Shown one piece after another: positions 47,651 through 57,529 of a DNA stretch of 64,000 nucleotides. Each line of letters starts with the position of its first letter. The stretch's first letter is position 1. Source of the DNA: Candidatus Babeliales bacterium (GTDB taxonomy: Bacteria > Babelota > Babeliae > Babelales > JACPOV01). The translations under genes were made by a program, and so were the position numbers. The notes under the pieces are model-generated. The model searched no databases. It was not told the origin of the DNA and saw only the letters and a list, made by a program, of their open reading frames with translations. The stretch lies in contig JBFWNW010000003.1 in assembly GCA_050250855.1 (NCBI GenBank), positions 96,001-160,000 on the forward strand, in the 5' to 3' direction.

Positions 47651-48748
47651 ATGCCGATAAAATTTTCACCCCACTATACTATTACCCCAAAAATAGCCAA
47701 AAATCTTATGCGCATTGAAGCTGCGCGAGAACAAGTTCTCAGTTTACCTTTAACCCCCATGGTACTCGCATCTTTACGCGAGACCGCTCGTTTGTATACC
47801 ACGCATTACTCAACTATGATTGAAGGTAACCGCCTTAATCCAGATCAAATTAAAGAAGTCATAGAACATAAAGGCCATTTTCCTGGCCGCGAACGGGATG
47901 AGCATGAAGTTAAAGCATATTATGCTGCTCTTACGCAGGTTGAACAATGGGCGGCACAAGGATTACCAATAACAGAAAAAATGATTCAAACATTACATGC
48001 ACTTGTTATTGGCAATGGAAAAAGCAAGGTCAAACCAACAGCTTATCGTGACGGACAAAATGTTATTCGTGATGCACGAACTCGTGCAATTGTCTATTTA
48101 CCACCAGAAGCCCATGATGTTCCTAGTCTTATGAAAGGGATGGTACATTGGATTAATAAAAATAGCACAATTCCTTGCCCTCTTATTGCCGGTATTGCGC
48201 ATTATCAATTTGCCACCATACATCCCTATTACGACGGGAATGGTCGCACAGCACGACTTTTAACAACACTTATTCTTCATTTGGGTGGCTATGATTTAAA
48301 AGGACTCTACTCTCTGGAAGAATATTATGCCAGAAACCTTGATGCCTACTATACTGCAATCAGCATTGGTGATTCTCATAATTATTATGAGGGACGCGCT
48401 AGCGCAGATATTACCAAATGGGTTGAATACTTTATTGAAGGAATGGCAGTGGCCTTTGAAAATGTTCTTAAACGAATGCAAGAAGCTGAATATAAAGGCC
48501 TACGTGATCAAAGTGATGAAATAAAAAAACTTGATCCAAAACAACGCAAAGCTCTAGAATTATTTCAAGAATTCCAAGTGGTTACCGCTCGACAGATTGG
48601 CGCACTTTTTGGCTTCAAACCTCGTACCAGTGCACAACTTTGTAAAAATTGGGTTGAAACTGGCTTTTTAGAAATTGTAGATTTTTCCAATAAGGGCAGA
48701 AAATACACGCTTTCTAAGCATTATAAAAAACTACAAGAAAAAAAGTAA
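47651..48748 (+). CDS. Fic family protein with C-terminal HTH
   Basis: HPYYDGNGRTAR Fic motif; STMIEGN inhibitory-helix-like motif; C-terminal wHTH-like segment. Confidence 0.92.
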   Translation: MPIKFSPHYTITPKIAKNLMRIEAAREQVLSLPLTPMVLASLRETARLYTTHYSTMIEGNRLNPDQIKEVIEHKGHFPGRERDEHEVKAYYAALTQVEQWAAQGLPITEKMIQTLHALVIGNGKSKVKPTAYRDGQNVIRDARTRAIVYLPPEAHDVPSLMKGMVHWINKNSTIPCPLIAGIAHYQFATIHPYYDGNGRTARLLTTLILHLGGYDLKGLYSLEEYYARNLDAYYTAISIGDSHNYYEGRASADITKWVEYFIEGMAVAFENVLKRMQEAEYKGLRDQSDEIKKLDPKQRKALELFQEFQVVTARQIGALFGFKPRTSAQLCKNWVETGFLEIVDFSNKGRKYTLSKHYKKLQEKK

Positions 48749-48759
48749 AAGAGATCATT

Positions 48760-49209
48760 ATGACAACTCCCTGCTTGAGTTGCGCATTAACTCATGGCAC
48801 TAAGGATACAATAGGCGGCGTAGTTACCCAAAGCAGTAATTTCCAAATCAGGCAAGACTATAGCGTTCCAATTTCAGGCTTTATGATCCTTGCAACAAAA
48901 CGTCACATTAAAAGCATAGATGAATTTACTAAAGAAGAACGTCTAGAATTTATTGAATTGCTTTATAATACCAGACAAAAAATGAAAACAGTTTTAGGAA
49001 TTGAGACCATCTATCTAATCCAAGAAGAAGATTCTGCTCATTTTCATCTTTGGTTATTCCCAAGATATTCCTGGATGGAAAACTTAGGCCAAAAGCTAAA
49101 ATCAGTGAAACCTATAATGGAATGGGCGCAGCAAAATTTGCAAACATCTGAGAATATAAAAGAAGTAAAGCATACCGTTGAAAAACTAAAAAAGTCATTT
49201 GAAATTTAA
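48760..49209 (+). CDS. HIT family hydrolase
   Basis: CLSC, KRHI and AHFHLWLFPR motifs. Confidence 0.85.
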   Translation: MTTPCLSCALTHGTKDTIGGVVTQSSNFQIRQDYSVPISGFMILATKRHIKSIDEFTKEERLEFIELLYNTRQKMKTVLGIETIYLIQEEDSAHFHLWLFPRYSWMENLGQKLKSVKPIMEWAQQNLQTSENIKEVKHTVEKLKKSFEI

Positions 49210-49251
49210 CGTAAATTCAGCTTTAATGATTTAAGCTCAAAACCTAGAAAG

Positions 49252-49305
49252 ATCGCTCGTGGTGAGTGATTTCAAAGAAATCGTATCGAACCATACGAAC
49301 GCGAT
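49252..49305. repeat. REP-like palindromic element between convergent genes
   Basis: ATCGCTCGTGGTGAGT-GATTTC-AAA-GAAATC-GTATCGAACCATACGAACGCGAT. Confidence 0.55.
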
Positions 49306-49331
49306 ATCTAAAATTTTTTGAGTTTATTGAT

Positions 49332-49814
49332 TCATGAAAATTGCGACAAAGATTTTTTCATAGTATTAATCACAAACGTCATCCCTTTATACTCTTTTTC
49401 TTGTGTATCAACCAACGCATAACCATGTGCTTTAAAAAATGGCAGCGCGGTAATGCTACTTTCTGTAGTAAGCTGCTTCAAGCCCATTGAACGCGCTTCA
49501 TCTTCTAGAGCTTTTAATAGCTTCGAACCTATTTTTTGTCCTTGAAAATCTTTATGTACATACAGGTGATAAACAACACCTTCTGGTGTCATACTACCAA
49601 AACCAACAAGTTGATTATTTTTTTGTGCAATAAAACATACACGCGACATTAAATTAGAAAGCCATTTTTCTTTATCAAATTTTTCAGGAATCCATACTGC
49701 AATCTGTTCAGGTGAATAATCACGAATATTGATAGTATTAACGGTGTGCCGATAGAGCTCTAAAAGCTCATCTAAGTCTTCAGATTTAAAATTACGTACT
49801 ATTATTTTTTCCAT
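49332..49814 (-). CDS. GNAT N-acetyltransferase (YafP-like)
   Basis: DYSPEQIAVW, LYVHKDFQGQKIG and SITALPFF motifs. Confidence 0.9.
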   Translation of the reverse strand: MEKIIVRNFKSEDLDELLELYRHTVNTINIRDYSPEQIAVWIPEKFDKEKWLSNLMSRVCFIAQKNNQLVGFGSMTPEGVVYHLYVHKDFQGQKIGSKLLKALEDEARSMGLKQLTTESSITALPFFKAHGYALVDTQEKEYKGMTFVINTMKKSLSQFS

Positions 49815-49829
49815 GAAGGTATCCTAAAG

Positions 49830-50564
49830 TTATTGAATACTATTTTTAGTAAACGCTGCCTTTAAAAAAACATCCATGACTCCTTGTCTTTCTACCGCAT
49901 AGCCAACAGGCAAATTTCCTTTATTATTTTTTACAGCACATGCTTTAGGACAGTAGCTCAAAACCTCTTGCAGAATAACTGCATCCTCCTCTTTGAACGA
50001 TGTTACTAAATTAGCTACCACATAATGCAAAAGAGTATCACCTTGAGTATCCTGGGCCAAAAACAATTTTTGTATACGATCCCTATATAATTTCTCTTTA
50101 TGTCGTGATAAAAAAATCCACTTTTTTTCAGCTTTTGTTAAGAATGGCTTAAGCTCTTTCCATCTACTATGCAAAACGGCATAATGCAAGGCATTCATCT
50201 GATTACTATTTTTTTGGGCTAAATGCTTTGACCAATCAAAACCAAATCTTGAATGTTCAATTTTTTGTATCAAAAAATGTGTTATATACTTGTCAGCTGA
50301 AAACAATAACTGCAACAATCCATCCTCATACTCACCTTTAGAAATAACATCAAAAAAATCAATTCCTTTTTGGCTAAGCCGTTCAAACCTTCTCTCTTTT
50401 AGAATTTCAATAAATTCCGATCGCATACGCGCTTCTTCTTTTTTTCGTTGTTCTTCTTGAGCTTTAAAGAGAGAACTATTATCATCTTCTCCAAATATGG
50501 GAACAAATCCATAAGAGATAAAAAATTGGTTTAAAAAACAGAAAACTAATAAATATTTTTTCAT
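49830..50564 (-). CDS. Secreted ankyrin-like repeat protein
   Basis: Signal peptide from ATG at 50564; MNALHYAV, GDTLLHYV and NNKGNLP. Confidence 0.7.
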   Translation of the reverse strand: MKKYLLVFCFLNQFFISYGFVPIFGEDDNSSLFKAQEEQRKKEEARMRSEFIEILKERRFERLSQKGIDFFDVISKGEYEDGLLQLLFSADKYITHFLIQKIEHSRFGFDWSKHLAQKNSNQMNALHYAVLHSRWKELKPFLTKAEKKWIFLSRHKEKLYRDRIQKLFLAQDTQGDTLLHYVVANLVTSFKEEDAVILQEVLSYCPKACAVKNNKGNLPVGYAVERQGVMDVFLKAAFTKNSIQ

Positions 50565-50588
50565 AATTACATTTCCCCTAAAACACAC

Positions 50589-50627
50589 TCCCCTTGCTGC
50601 GCTAAACGGTATTTCGCAGCAAGGGGA
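50589..50627 (-). terminator. Hairpin downstream of the translocase gene
   Basis: TCCCCTTGCTGCG...CGCAGCAAGGGGA. Confidence 0.65.
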
Positions 50628-50642
50628 TTTTCTTATCTTTAA

Positions 50643-51995
50643 TTAACAAACAACTGTTTTTTCTTTGATTGCCTTATTGTAGGTGTTGGCAAGGAAGATT
50701 GCAATAAAGAACCATGCCGCCACAAGACCCAAAGAAAAATATACCGCCAAGCTAAGATAAAGCTCAAAGCCAAAAAAGCCCTTAGTTAAATTAGCAAAGG
50801 AAGCAGAAGCTTTTGCTGTTCTTGAACCAAATGTTTCAATCCACGCTTGTGATTTATATTTAACTTCATGTGATGTAGGAACATAAAGCTGCTTAATACA
50901 AGGCCCGTTCAAGGCATAGTTAATAGCTTTTGCGCCGACCATTAAATAAAAAAGCACATCAATCAACGGAAATAATTTAAAGGTCAATACAGCGCCACCA
51001 ATAATAAGAGGTACTAAGCATAATGCTGTTCGCAAACCAAGAAAGCGCTGAATATTATTAATACCAAAAAACAAACATAAAAATGCAACCAAATTCACCG
51101 AAGATGCATAACTTGCAAAATATTCTGAAGCTTGTGCGCAATCAGGAAAATAAGCAAAAGTCATCGTTTTAAAGTTGAAGTCAATCACCGTAACAATAAA
51201 TTCAAAGAATGCTAGAATGCCAAAAATACCAAGAAGATAATTATGTGAAAGCATAATTTTTAAACCCTCAAGAAACCCTGGTTCTTCTTCATGTTTCTTT
51301 TCTTGTGCTTGATAGCCAACGAGTTCTTTTTGCGGCGTAACTTTAAAGAAAACCCACATAAGAACCGCGGTAATTAATACCAATAACCCACAAACACCAA
51401 CAACTAATGCCAGTGAAGTATTAAACAGTTTTGGCAATTTCATTAAATACTTTGGCCCTAAAATGCCACCAATTTGACCAATCATTACGATGAGTGCAAA
51501 TCCATGCTTTGAGGATTTGGTTGTTGAAATATCAACCACCAGCGCCCAAAAAAGTGCAATTACTAAGGAGCCAAAACTCTCTACAAATGCATACCAGAAC
51601 CATCCAGAAAGCCGCCATGGGCTTGCTGCCGTATTTGCCAAACCATACGTTGGGTTAGCAAAGAAAAAGGTCCAAAGAGCAAGTATTACTACATATAAGC
51701 AGGCCATTGTATAAAAAAGATTGGTCTTTTTAAGTTTATCCACCATTTTCCCGTAAAGCATAACAATGGGAAAAAGAACAACAAGTGAAAAAACTTTCGC
51801 CCAGGCAAGATAAATATCACGAGAGCCAGCTTTACCAAAGCCAACAATCATATTCGCAAAAATTGAATCTTTTAAGGGACGAAGCGTCCAGTAGACGCCA
51901 ATGATGAGGGAAAAAATCAAACCTAAAAAAAGATATTTTTTAAGTTCTTCTCGTTCAAAGTCGCCAAACCAGACTTTGAATAAACGTGTAAGCAT
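50643..51995 (-). CDS. ADP/ATP (nucleotide) translocase, Npt/TLC family
   Basis: YWTLRPLKDS, ESFGSLVIALFW and LYVPTSHEVKYKSQAWIETFGSR motifs; 12-TM pattern. Confidence 0.9.
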   Translation of the reverse strand: MLTRLFKVWFGDFEREELKKYLFLGLIFSLIIGVYWTLRPLKDSIFANMIVGFGKAGSRDIYLAWAKVFSLVVLFPIVMLYGKMVDKLKKTNLFYTMACLYVVILALWTFFFANPTYGLANTAASPWRLSGWFWYAFVESFGSLVIALFWALVVDISTTKSSKHGFALIVMIGQIGGILGPKYLMKLPKLFNTSLALVVGVCGLLVLITAVLMWVFFKVTPQKELVGYQAQEKKHEEEPGFLEGLKIMLSHNYLLGIFGILAFFEFIVTVIDFNFKTMTFAYFPDCAQASEYFASYASSVNLVAFLCLFFGINNIQRFLGLRTALCLVPLIIGGAVLTFKLFPLIDVLFYLMVGAKAINYALNGPCIKQLYVPTSHEVKYKSQAWIETFGSRTAKASASFANLTKGFFGFELYLSLAVYFSLGLVAAWFFIAIFLANTYNKAIKEKTVVC

Positions 51996-52223
51996 ACAAT
52001 GCTCCTATCAGAGTTTAAAAAGGTATTAAATAACCGCTTGTAAAAATCTGAGCTCAGAGGCATTTACAATCTAATTATGCCAGAACTAGCAAAAATTGCA
52101 AAAAAAATATCTACCAAGCTCTAAACCTGAAAAAGCTAATATTTCTACCAGAATTGAGAATAACTCTTAATTTTTTAGCTAAACGGAGCTACACTAAAAT
52201 AAGATATTAAGTAAGGAACACTC

Positions 52224-52727
52224 ATGAGCATTGATATTCATCCTTTTTTTCCATCTGACTTAAGCCCTTTGCAAAAGCTTTTTATTGCCCTTAATAAATC
52301 ACAATCAACATTAGATTCTTACCTTGAAGAACATCAACAGGAAAAGCGGGAGCTCTTGGTTGCGTATAAAAACAATATCTTGGCAGGCTATCTGACCATC
52401 ACATGGCATTCTCTTTATCCATTTTTTAATAATAACAGTATCCCAGAAATTATGGATTTTAATGTACTTCCTGAATTTCGCAAGCAAGGAATTGGCTCCA
52501 ACCTTCTTGCCGCTGCAGAACAACTAGTACAAGAAAAAGGTTTTGATACTGTGGGCATTGGGGTAGGGCTCTATGCCGATTACGGACCGGCACAAAAATT
52601 ATATGTAAAAAAAGGTTATATTCCTGATGGAAATGGTGTAACCTATAGGTATAAATATAGTACACCTGGATCCTCTGTTTGTTTGGATGATGATCTTATT
52701 CTTTGGTTTACAAAAAAATTATTATGA
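52224..52727 (+). CDS. GNAT N-acetyltransferase
   Basis: PEIMDFNVLPEFRKQGIG and GVGLYADYGPAQKLYVKKGYIPDG motifs. Confidence 0.92.
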   Translation: MSIDIHPFFPSDLSPLQKLFIALNKSQSTLDSYLEEHQQEKRELLVAYKNNILAGYLTITWHSLYPFFNNNSIPEIMDFNVLPEFRKQGIGSNLLAAAEQLVQEKGFDTVGIGVGLYADYGPAQKLYVKKGYIPDGNGVTYRYKYSTPGSSVCLDDDLILWFTKKLL

Positions 52728-54502
52728 AAATAAACCTTATTTCTATCAACTTTACTAAACCATGGTGGCAGCTTATTATCAATCAAAAACTGCTTGCTGC
52801 TTCAGTTTTTTCAACAGTTATTATACGCGACGTATTTTGGTCATTAAACCCCTTTCTAATAACCTTTGCACTAGAGAAAAGTAACTGGTACTTTTTTGCA
52901 ATAACATGTTTTATATGGGGCTTGGCTGAACTAAATAATCTTTTACAACCTCTTGCAAATACTAAATTTCAATTGCAATGTATTCACAGCATCTTTTATA
53001 ATGCCCACCAATTCTTGCTTGCCATAGATCCTCAATATCATATTAAACGCTCAAGCGGGGTTGTATTGGCAAAAATTGACCGGGCCGCCCGTGGGTATGA
53101 AGAGTTACTCGACCAAATTACCTTTGAATTCGCGCCATTGATTATCGGTACTCTAACCATGCTCATTGTTTTAAGTCAGTACTCTCTTCTTTTAACACTT
53201 GTACTTTGTATTTGCTTGTTCACTATGGTCGGATGTGGTTATTATTTCGTGCAACATGCTTGTCAAAAATGGGAAAATGAATTTATTAAAACTGATGATA
53301 ACTTTCATGCTGTCGCCTTTGAAAATTTAGCACAAATACATTTAATCCGTGCAACCTTTGCAACTGATTATATGCAGCACAAGCTTACCAAAGAAATTTC
53401 GATTAATGCTGCGACTGAAAAAAAGCTTTGGCTTGCCTATGCTTTTACCTCAAGAGTACTTTCCGTTATTTATGCATTTTCAATCTTAGTTTTACTCGGG
53501 TATCTGGTCCATTGTATTCAAATCAATTGCATGTCACTCCCTTTTGCCATAGGTCTTATGATTGCGTATATACAAAGCACCAAACAAATTGTAAAAATTG
53601 TTCAGCCATTACGCCGATACATGAAGGGGTTTGCTGCCGTTAAAGATTTATTTGAATTTATCCCTCAATTTGGCAAGCAAACCTTCCCTGTTTTCAAGGA
53701 AGAGCATGCTCCTATCAGCCTAGGAAAAAAAGAATATACCCTTGTTGCTCAAAACATTTATTTTGGTTATTCAGCGGCAAGAATTTTTGATAATCATTCA
53801 TTGCACATTAAAACACCCAACAACCAACCTAATAAATTATATGGTATTATTGGACCTTCGGGTATCGGCAAAACTACGCTCATTTCCATATTAGGTGGCC
53901 AATTAAAGCCACAATCAGGAAGCATTCTGATTAATGAAATTGATATTTATGCAATATCAGATGACATACGCAGACAATTAATTACACTCCAAGGTCAAGT
54001 GGCAACAACCGTAAAAGGCACCGTACGTTACAATCTTCTTTTTGGGTTGCCTGAACACCATGATTACTCTGATGAATATTTATGTGATATTATCAAACGC
54101 GTAGGACTTGATCCCATTTTACGTGAACATCAAGGACTTGATACGCGCTTAGGCGAAGGCGCTTTAAATATTTCTGGCGGTCAGCGACAACGCCTTAATT
54201 TTGCAGCATTATATTTGCGTGCACGTTATTATAAACCAGTTTTAATTCTTATTGATGAACCTACAAGTAGTCTTGATGAAATTAGTGAACAAGCAATAAC
54301 AAGTATGATTCAAGAATTGGCCTCTTCGGCAATCACGCTTGTGATCGCTCATCGCTTAAAAACACTCAGGGATGCGGCTGGTCTTATAGATTTATCGCTT
54401 TTAAAACAATCAAAGGAAATAAAAATATACTCCTCAGAGCAATTAAAAGAACAGTCCATTTATTATCAAAAGCTTTTAGAAGAAAAAAATGAGCTGGCAT
54501 AA
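52724..54502 (+). CDS. ABC transporter, fused TMD+NBD exporter
   Basis: GPSGIGKT, ISGGQRQR, LIDEPTS and IAHRL; probable ATG at 52724. Confidence 0.92.
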   Translation: MKINLISINFTKPWWQLIINQKLLAASVFSTVIIRDVFWSLNPFLITFALEKSNWYFFAITCFIWGLAELNNLLQPLANTKFQLQCIHSIFYNAHQFLLAIDPQYHIKRSSGVVLAKIDRAARGYEELLDQITFEFAPLIIGTLTMLIVLSQYSLLLTLVLCICLFTMVGCGYYFVQHACQKWENEFIKTDDNFHAVAFENLAQIHLIRATFATDYMQHKLTKEISINAATEKKLWLAYAFTSRVLSVIYAFSILVLLGYLVHCIQINCMSLPFAIGLMIAYIQSTKQIVKIVQPLRRYMKGFAAVKDLFEFIPQFGKQTFPVFKEEHAPISLGKKEYTLVAQNIYFGYSAARIFDNHSLHIKTPNNQPNKLYGIIGPSGIGKTTLISILGGQLKPQSGSILINEIDIYAISDDIRRQLITLQGQVATTVKGTVRYNLLFGLPEHHDYSDEYLCDIIKRVGLDPILREHQGLDTRLGEGALNISGGQRQRLNFAALYLRARYYKPVLILIDEPTSSLDEISEQAITSMIQELASSAITLVIAHRLKTLRDAAGLIDLSLLKQSKEIKIYSSEQLKEQSIYYQKLLEEKNELA

Positions 54503-55025
54503 AAATATAAAAAAAATAGCAATCGTCGGTAATGCCGGCTCGGGCAAATCAACGCTGGCACTCCAACTTTCTAAAATACTCGGCCTACCGCTTTACCACT
54601 TAGATCAATATTTTTGGCTACCCGGTTGGGTTGAACCAGATCGTGCTGATTTTGAAAAAATTCACAAAAAATTATGTGACCAAAATAGCTGGATTTTGGA
54701 AGGATGCGCCATAAGGCTTTTTGACTACCGCATCCAGCAAGCAGATTGTGTTATTTTTTTAGATATGCCAACCTCTCTATGTTTATATCGCATCTTAAAG
54801 CGTGCCTTTGTGCATTATGGCAGAGAACGTTTCTCCAGCGCTAAAGGCTGCCCCGAACGTGGACCAAGTTGGAAGTTTTTGAAGTTTATTTGGAACTTTA
54901 ATAGAGAACGTAAACCGATTATTCAAGAGCTTTTACAACAATATAAAGATACCAAGCAAATTTTTGTAGTTCACAACAAAGCTGAATTAGAAGGGTTATT
55001 AAAAAAAATCTTAGGAGCTCTATGA
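54489..55025 (+). CDS. P-loop kinase, topology modulation protein (FlaR)-like
   Basis: GNAGSGKSTLA, HLDQYFWLPGW and GCPER motifs. Confidence 0.88.
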   Translation: MSWHKNIKKIAIVGNAGSGKSTLALQLSKILGLPLYHLDQYFWLPGWVEPDRADFEKIHKKLCDQNSWILEGCAIRLFDYRIQQADCVIFLDMPTSLCLYRILKRAFVHYGRERFSSAKGCPERGPSWKFLKFIWNFNRERKPIIQELLQQYKDTKQIFVVHNKAELEGLLKKILGAL

Positions 55026-56608
55026 TTTCAAGTTTGAAAAACAAACGCTTTTTGATCTTAATAATTGCCGTAGCTTTTTTGTCATCATGTTTTTTCAAGC
55101 CTACGCCAGGAACTGTTATTATACTTATTGGCACTTCATCTGTAGGAAAAACATCACTTATTAATGAATTAAAACCACTGCTCAACAATTATGAAATTGT
55201 AGATATCGATAGTTTTACCACTTCATATTTAACAACTCATCCAATGCCAGAACAACCTGAGAATTTGGATGAAAAAACAAAAAAAGAATTTGGGCAACAT
55301 TATACAAAACAACTTGCTGAAAACTTCTATACTTTAATTAGAAATAAGGCATTACAAGGCTATAATGTTTTAGTTGATACGGTACCAATATTAGAAAGTG
55401 ATCTAGAATATAAGATAATTTCTCAAAGCTTAAAAAATATAAAAAATATTTCTATGGTACTCTATTGTCCTTTAGATATTACTATGGCAAGAGTTCAACA
55501 ACGTAATCTAACTGGTATACCAGAAGAACAAAGAAACATTGCTCTACCCTTTGGCCAATATTTGCTCCTCTACAAACCTCAAGATTCACCGAATGAACCT
55601 GTAGTTGAAACCCTCTCAAGCAGCGCTACTAAACAGGTCTTAAAATCTGCGATTAAACTGTTTATGGATGATTTACCGGAGGAACTTAAAAATAACCCAC
55701 AAATCGCTGCTGAAAGTTCTGAACATTTTTATAAAGATTTTGTACAACAATTTAAACTTGATCAATTGTCAACTATTTCTGTTGTACCAAAAATGCCTTA
55801 TGACCTCATACTTAATTGTAAAAACACACCTCAAGATCTTGCCAAAGAGGTTATGCAATTTTTAGAAAAATCGATTACAACCATCCACTCATTTAATGAC
55901 GTTAATTTTGATACTTTTACTAAAAATGATCTAGTCATATTTGACGTTGATGAAACATTAATCCAACCCAAGGATGCATTTGTTCTTAATGAACAAACAC
56001 CGCAAGCTGATGCGTTTCGTAAAAAACTTCTCCAAAAATATCCAACCGTAACTATTAAGGAATGGGAAAATATAGGAAGTCTTTTACTCTTGCAAGCGGA
56101 ACGGCCACTTTTAGAGCCTTCCGTCATTACAAAAATAGATACCTTACAAAAAAGAGGAATCCCCGTTATCGCATGCACCGGCATGAATACAGGAACATTA
56201 GGCCTTGTACCCAGTATGGAAGCATGGCGCTATAATCATTTAAAAAGTTTGGGATTTGAAGGTTCATTTAACAAGACAGAGCTAACATTCAAAACATTTA
56301 AACGCAAACCAGTGTTTTACCACGGCATTCTGGCAGCAGATACTGAACCAAAAGGTCCTGTTGTCGGCGCCTTTCTTGATGCCATGCAATTACATCCTAA
56401 AAAGATTATTATGTTTGATGATACCTTGGAATTTTTAGAATCAATGCAAGCAGAATGCAAAAAAAGAGGTATCGCCTTTCAAGGCTATGAATATAAAGGT
56501 GCTCACGAAAAACCGTGGGATGAAAAGCTCTTTGAGCAACAAGCCGATTATTTAATAAAGCACAAAACATGGCGCAGTGATGAGGCATTTCAAGGTGCAA
56601 GTATATGA
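55022..56608 (+). CDS. Putative lipoprotein: P-loop phosphotransferase fused to a DUF2608/HAD-like domain
   Basis: LSSC lipobox-like motif; GTSSVGKT Walker A; VIFDVDETL and IIMFDD HAD motifs. Confidence 0.75.
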   Translation: MISSLKNKRFLILIIAVAFLSSCFFKPTPGTVIILIGTSSVGKTSLINELKPLLNNYEIVDIDSFTTSYLTTHPMPEQPENLDEKTKKEFGQHYTKQLAENFYTLIRNKALQGYNVLVDTVPILESDLEYKIISQSLKNIKNISMVLYCPLDITMARVQQRNLTGIPEEQRNIALPFGQYLLLYKPQDSPNEPVVETLSSSATKQVLKSAIKLFMDDLPEELKNNPQIAAESSEHFYKDFVQQFKLDQLSTISVVPKMPYDLILNCKNTPQDLAKEVMQFLEKSITTIHSFNDVNFDTFTKNDLVIFDVDETLIQPKDAFVLNEQTPQADAFRKKLLQKYPTVTIKEWENIGSLLLLQAERPLLEPSVITKIDTLQKRGIPVIACTGMNTGTLGLVPSMEAWRYNHLKSLGFEGSFNKTELTFKTFKRKPVFYHGILAADTEPKGPVVGAFLDAMQLHPKKIIMFDDTLEFLESMQAECKKRGIAFQGYEYKGAHEKPWDEKLFEQQADYLIKHKTWRSDEAFQGASI

Positions 56609-57153
56609 ACTTTAGCAACCTACCAATCTTAAAAACCGAACGTTTATTATTACGCCCGGCAACTATCCAGGATGCTGCTGATATTTTTGCTTATGCATCA
56701 GACCCTGAAGTAAGCAAACTTTTGCATTGGTACCCAAGCACCACCATAGAAGAGACGTATGAAGTTATTAAGCAATGGCTTGCTGATTATAAGGCAAATA
56801 AACCAGCTCCCTGGGTTATTGTTGATGCAACGTCTCATAACGTTATTGGCACTATTGGGTTACACGAATATAATGCAGATAAAAAGTCTGCTCTTATTGG
56901 TTACTGCATTGCGCGTCACTACTGGGGCAAAGGATTAATACCAGAAGCACTACAGGCCGTCATTAACTATTTATTTTCACAAACTGAAACAACTGAAATT
57001 GTAGCTTTTTGTAGAGTTGATAACCCTCGCTCACAAAGAGTTCTTGAAAAATGTGGCTTTATAAAACAAGGCAGCAAGCAAGAAGAAGTTAAGGGTGTAA
57101 TGGCGATCTTTGATCGCTTTGTGCTGTATGATAAAAAAATTTTATTGACATAA
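56605..57153 (+). CDS. GNAT acetyltransferase, RimJ/RimL family
   Basis: LKTERLLLRP, IGYCIARHYWGKG and NPRSQRVLEKCGF motifs. Confidence 0.92.
   Translation: MNFSNLPILKTERLLLRPATIQDAADIFAYASDPEVSKLLHWYPSTTIEETYEVIKQWLADYKANKPAPWVIVDATSHNVIGTIGLHEYNADKKSALIGYCIARHYWGKGLIPEALQAVINYLFSQTETTEIVAFCRVDNPRSQRVLEKCGFIKQGSKQEEVKGVMAIFDRFVLYDKKILLT
56934..57122 (+). repeat. 189-bp direct repeat, copy 1 (3' part of the RimL-like gene)
   Basis: Matches 60081-60269 with 3 mismatches by manual comparison. Confidence 0.9.
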
Positions 57154-57225
57154 ACAGAGTTTTGTTTATCATTTCAACTGAAAATCGAGTGACTTATTCA
57201 AAGTACACGTTTAAGGAGAATTACT

Positions 57226-57480
57226 ATGAAAAAATTACTTATCATTGCAGCCCTTTTCACGCTTAATGCATATGCAGGAAAAAAAAGCTGCAAAACAGTT
57301 AATGAAGTATATAAGCCCAAAAAAGGCGGCTTATACTATACTCGAGAGTGTCCTGCAACACCAACACCAGAAAAGCCACAACAAGGATGCAAGGTTGTAG
57401 CTACTAATACACTTAAATTAGGCCGTGGGGAAAAAAGAGTTACAACCTACCATTGTCCTGAAAAAAAGCAAAAAGAATAG
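57226..57480 (+). CDS. Small secreted Cys-containing protein
   Basis: AGGAG RBS; signal peptide ending AYA; two CK...CP units. Confidence 0.75.
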   Translation: MKKLLIIAALFTLNAYAGKKSCKTVNEVYKPKKGGLYYTRECPATPTPEKPQQGCKVVATNTLKLGRGEKRVTTYHCPEKKQKE

Positions 57481-57529
57481 TAAAACAAAACAAACCTCCT
57501 AAAAAAAGGCAAATACATAAAGGGCTACC

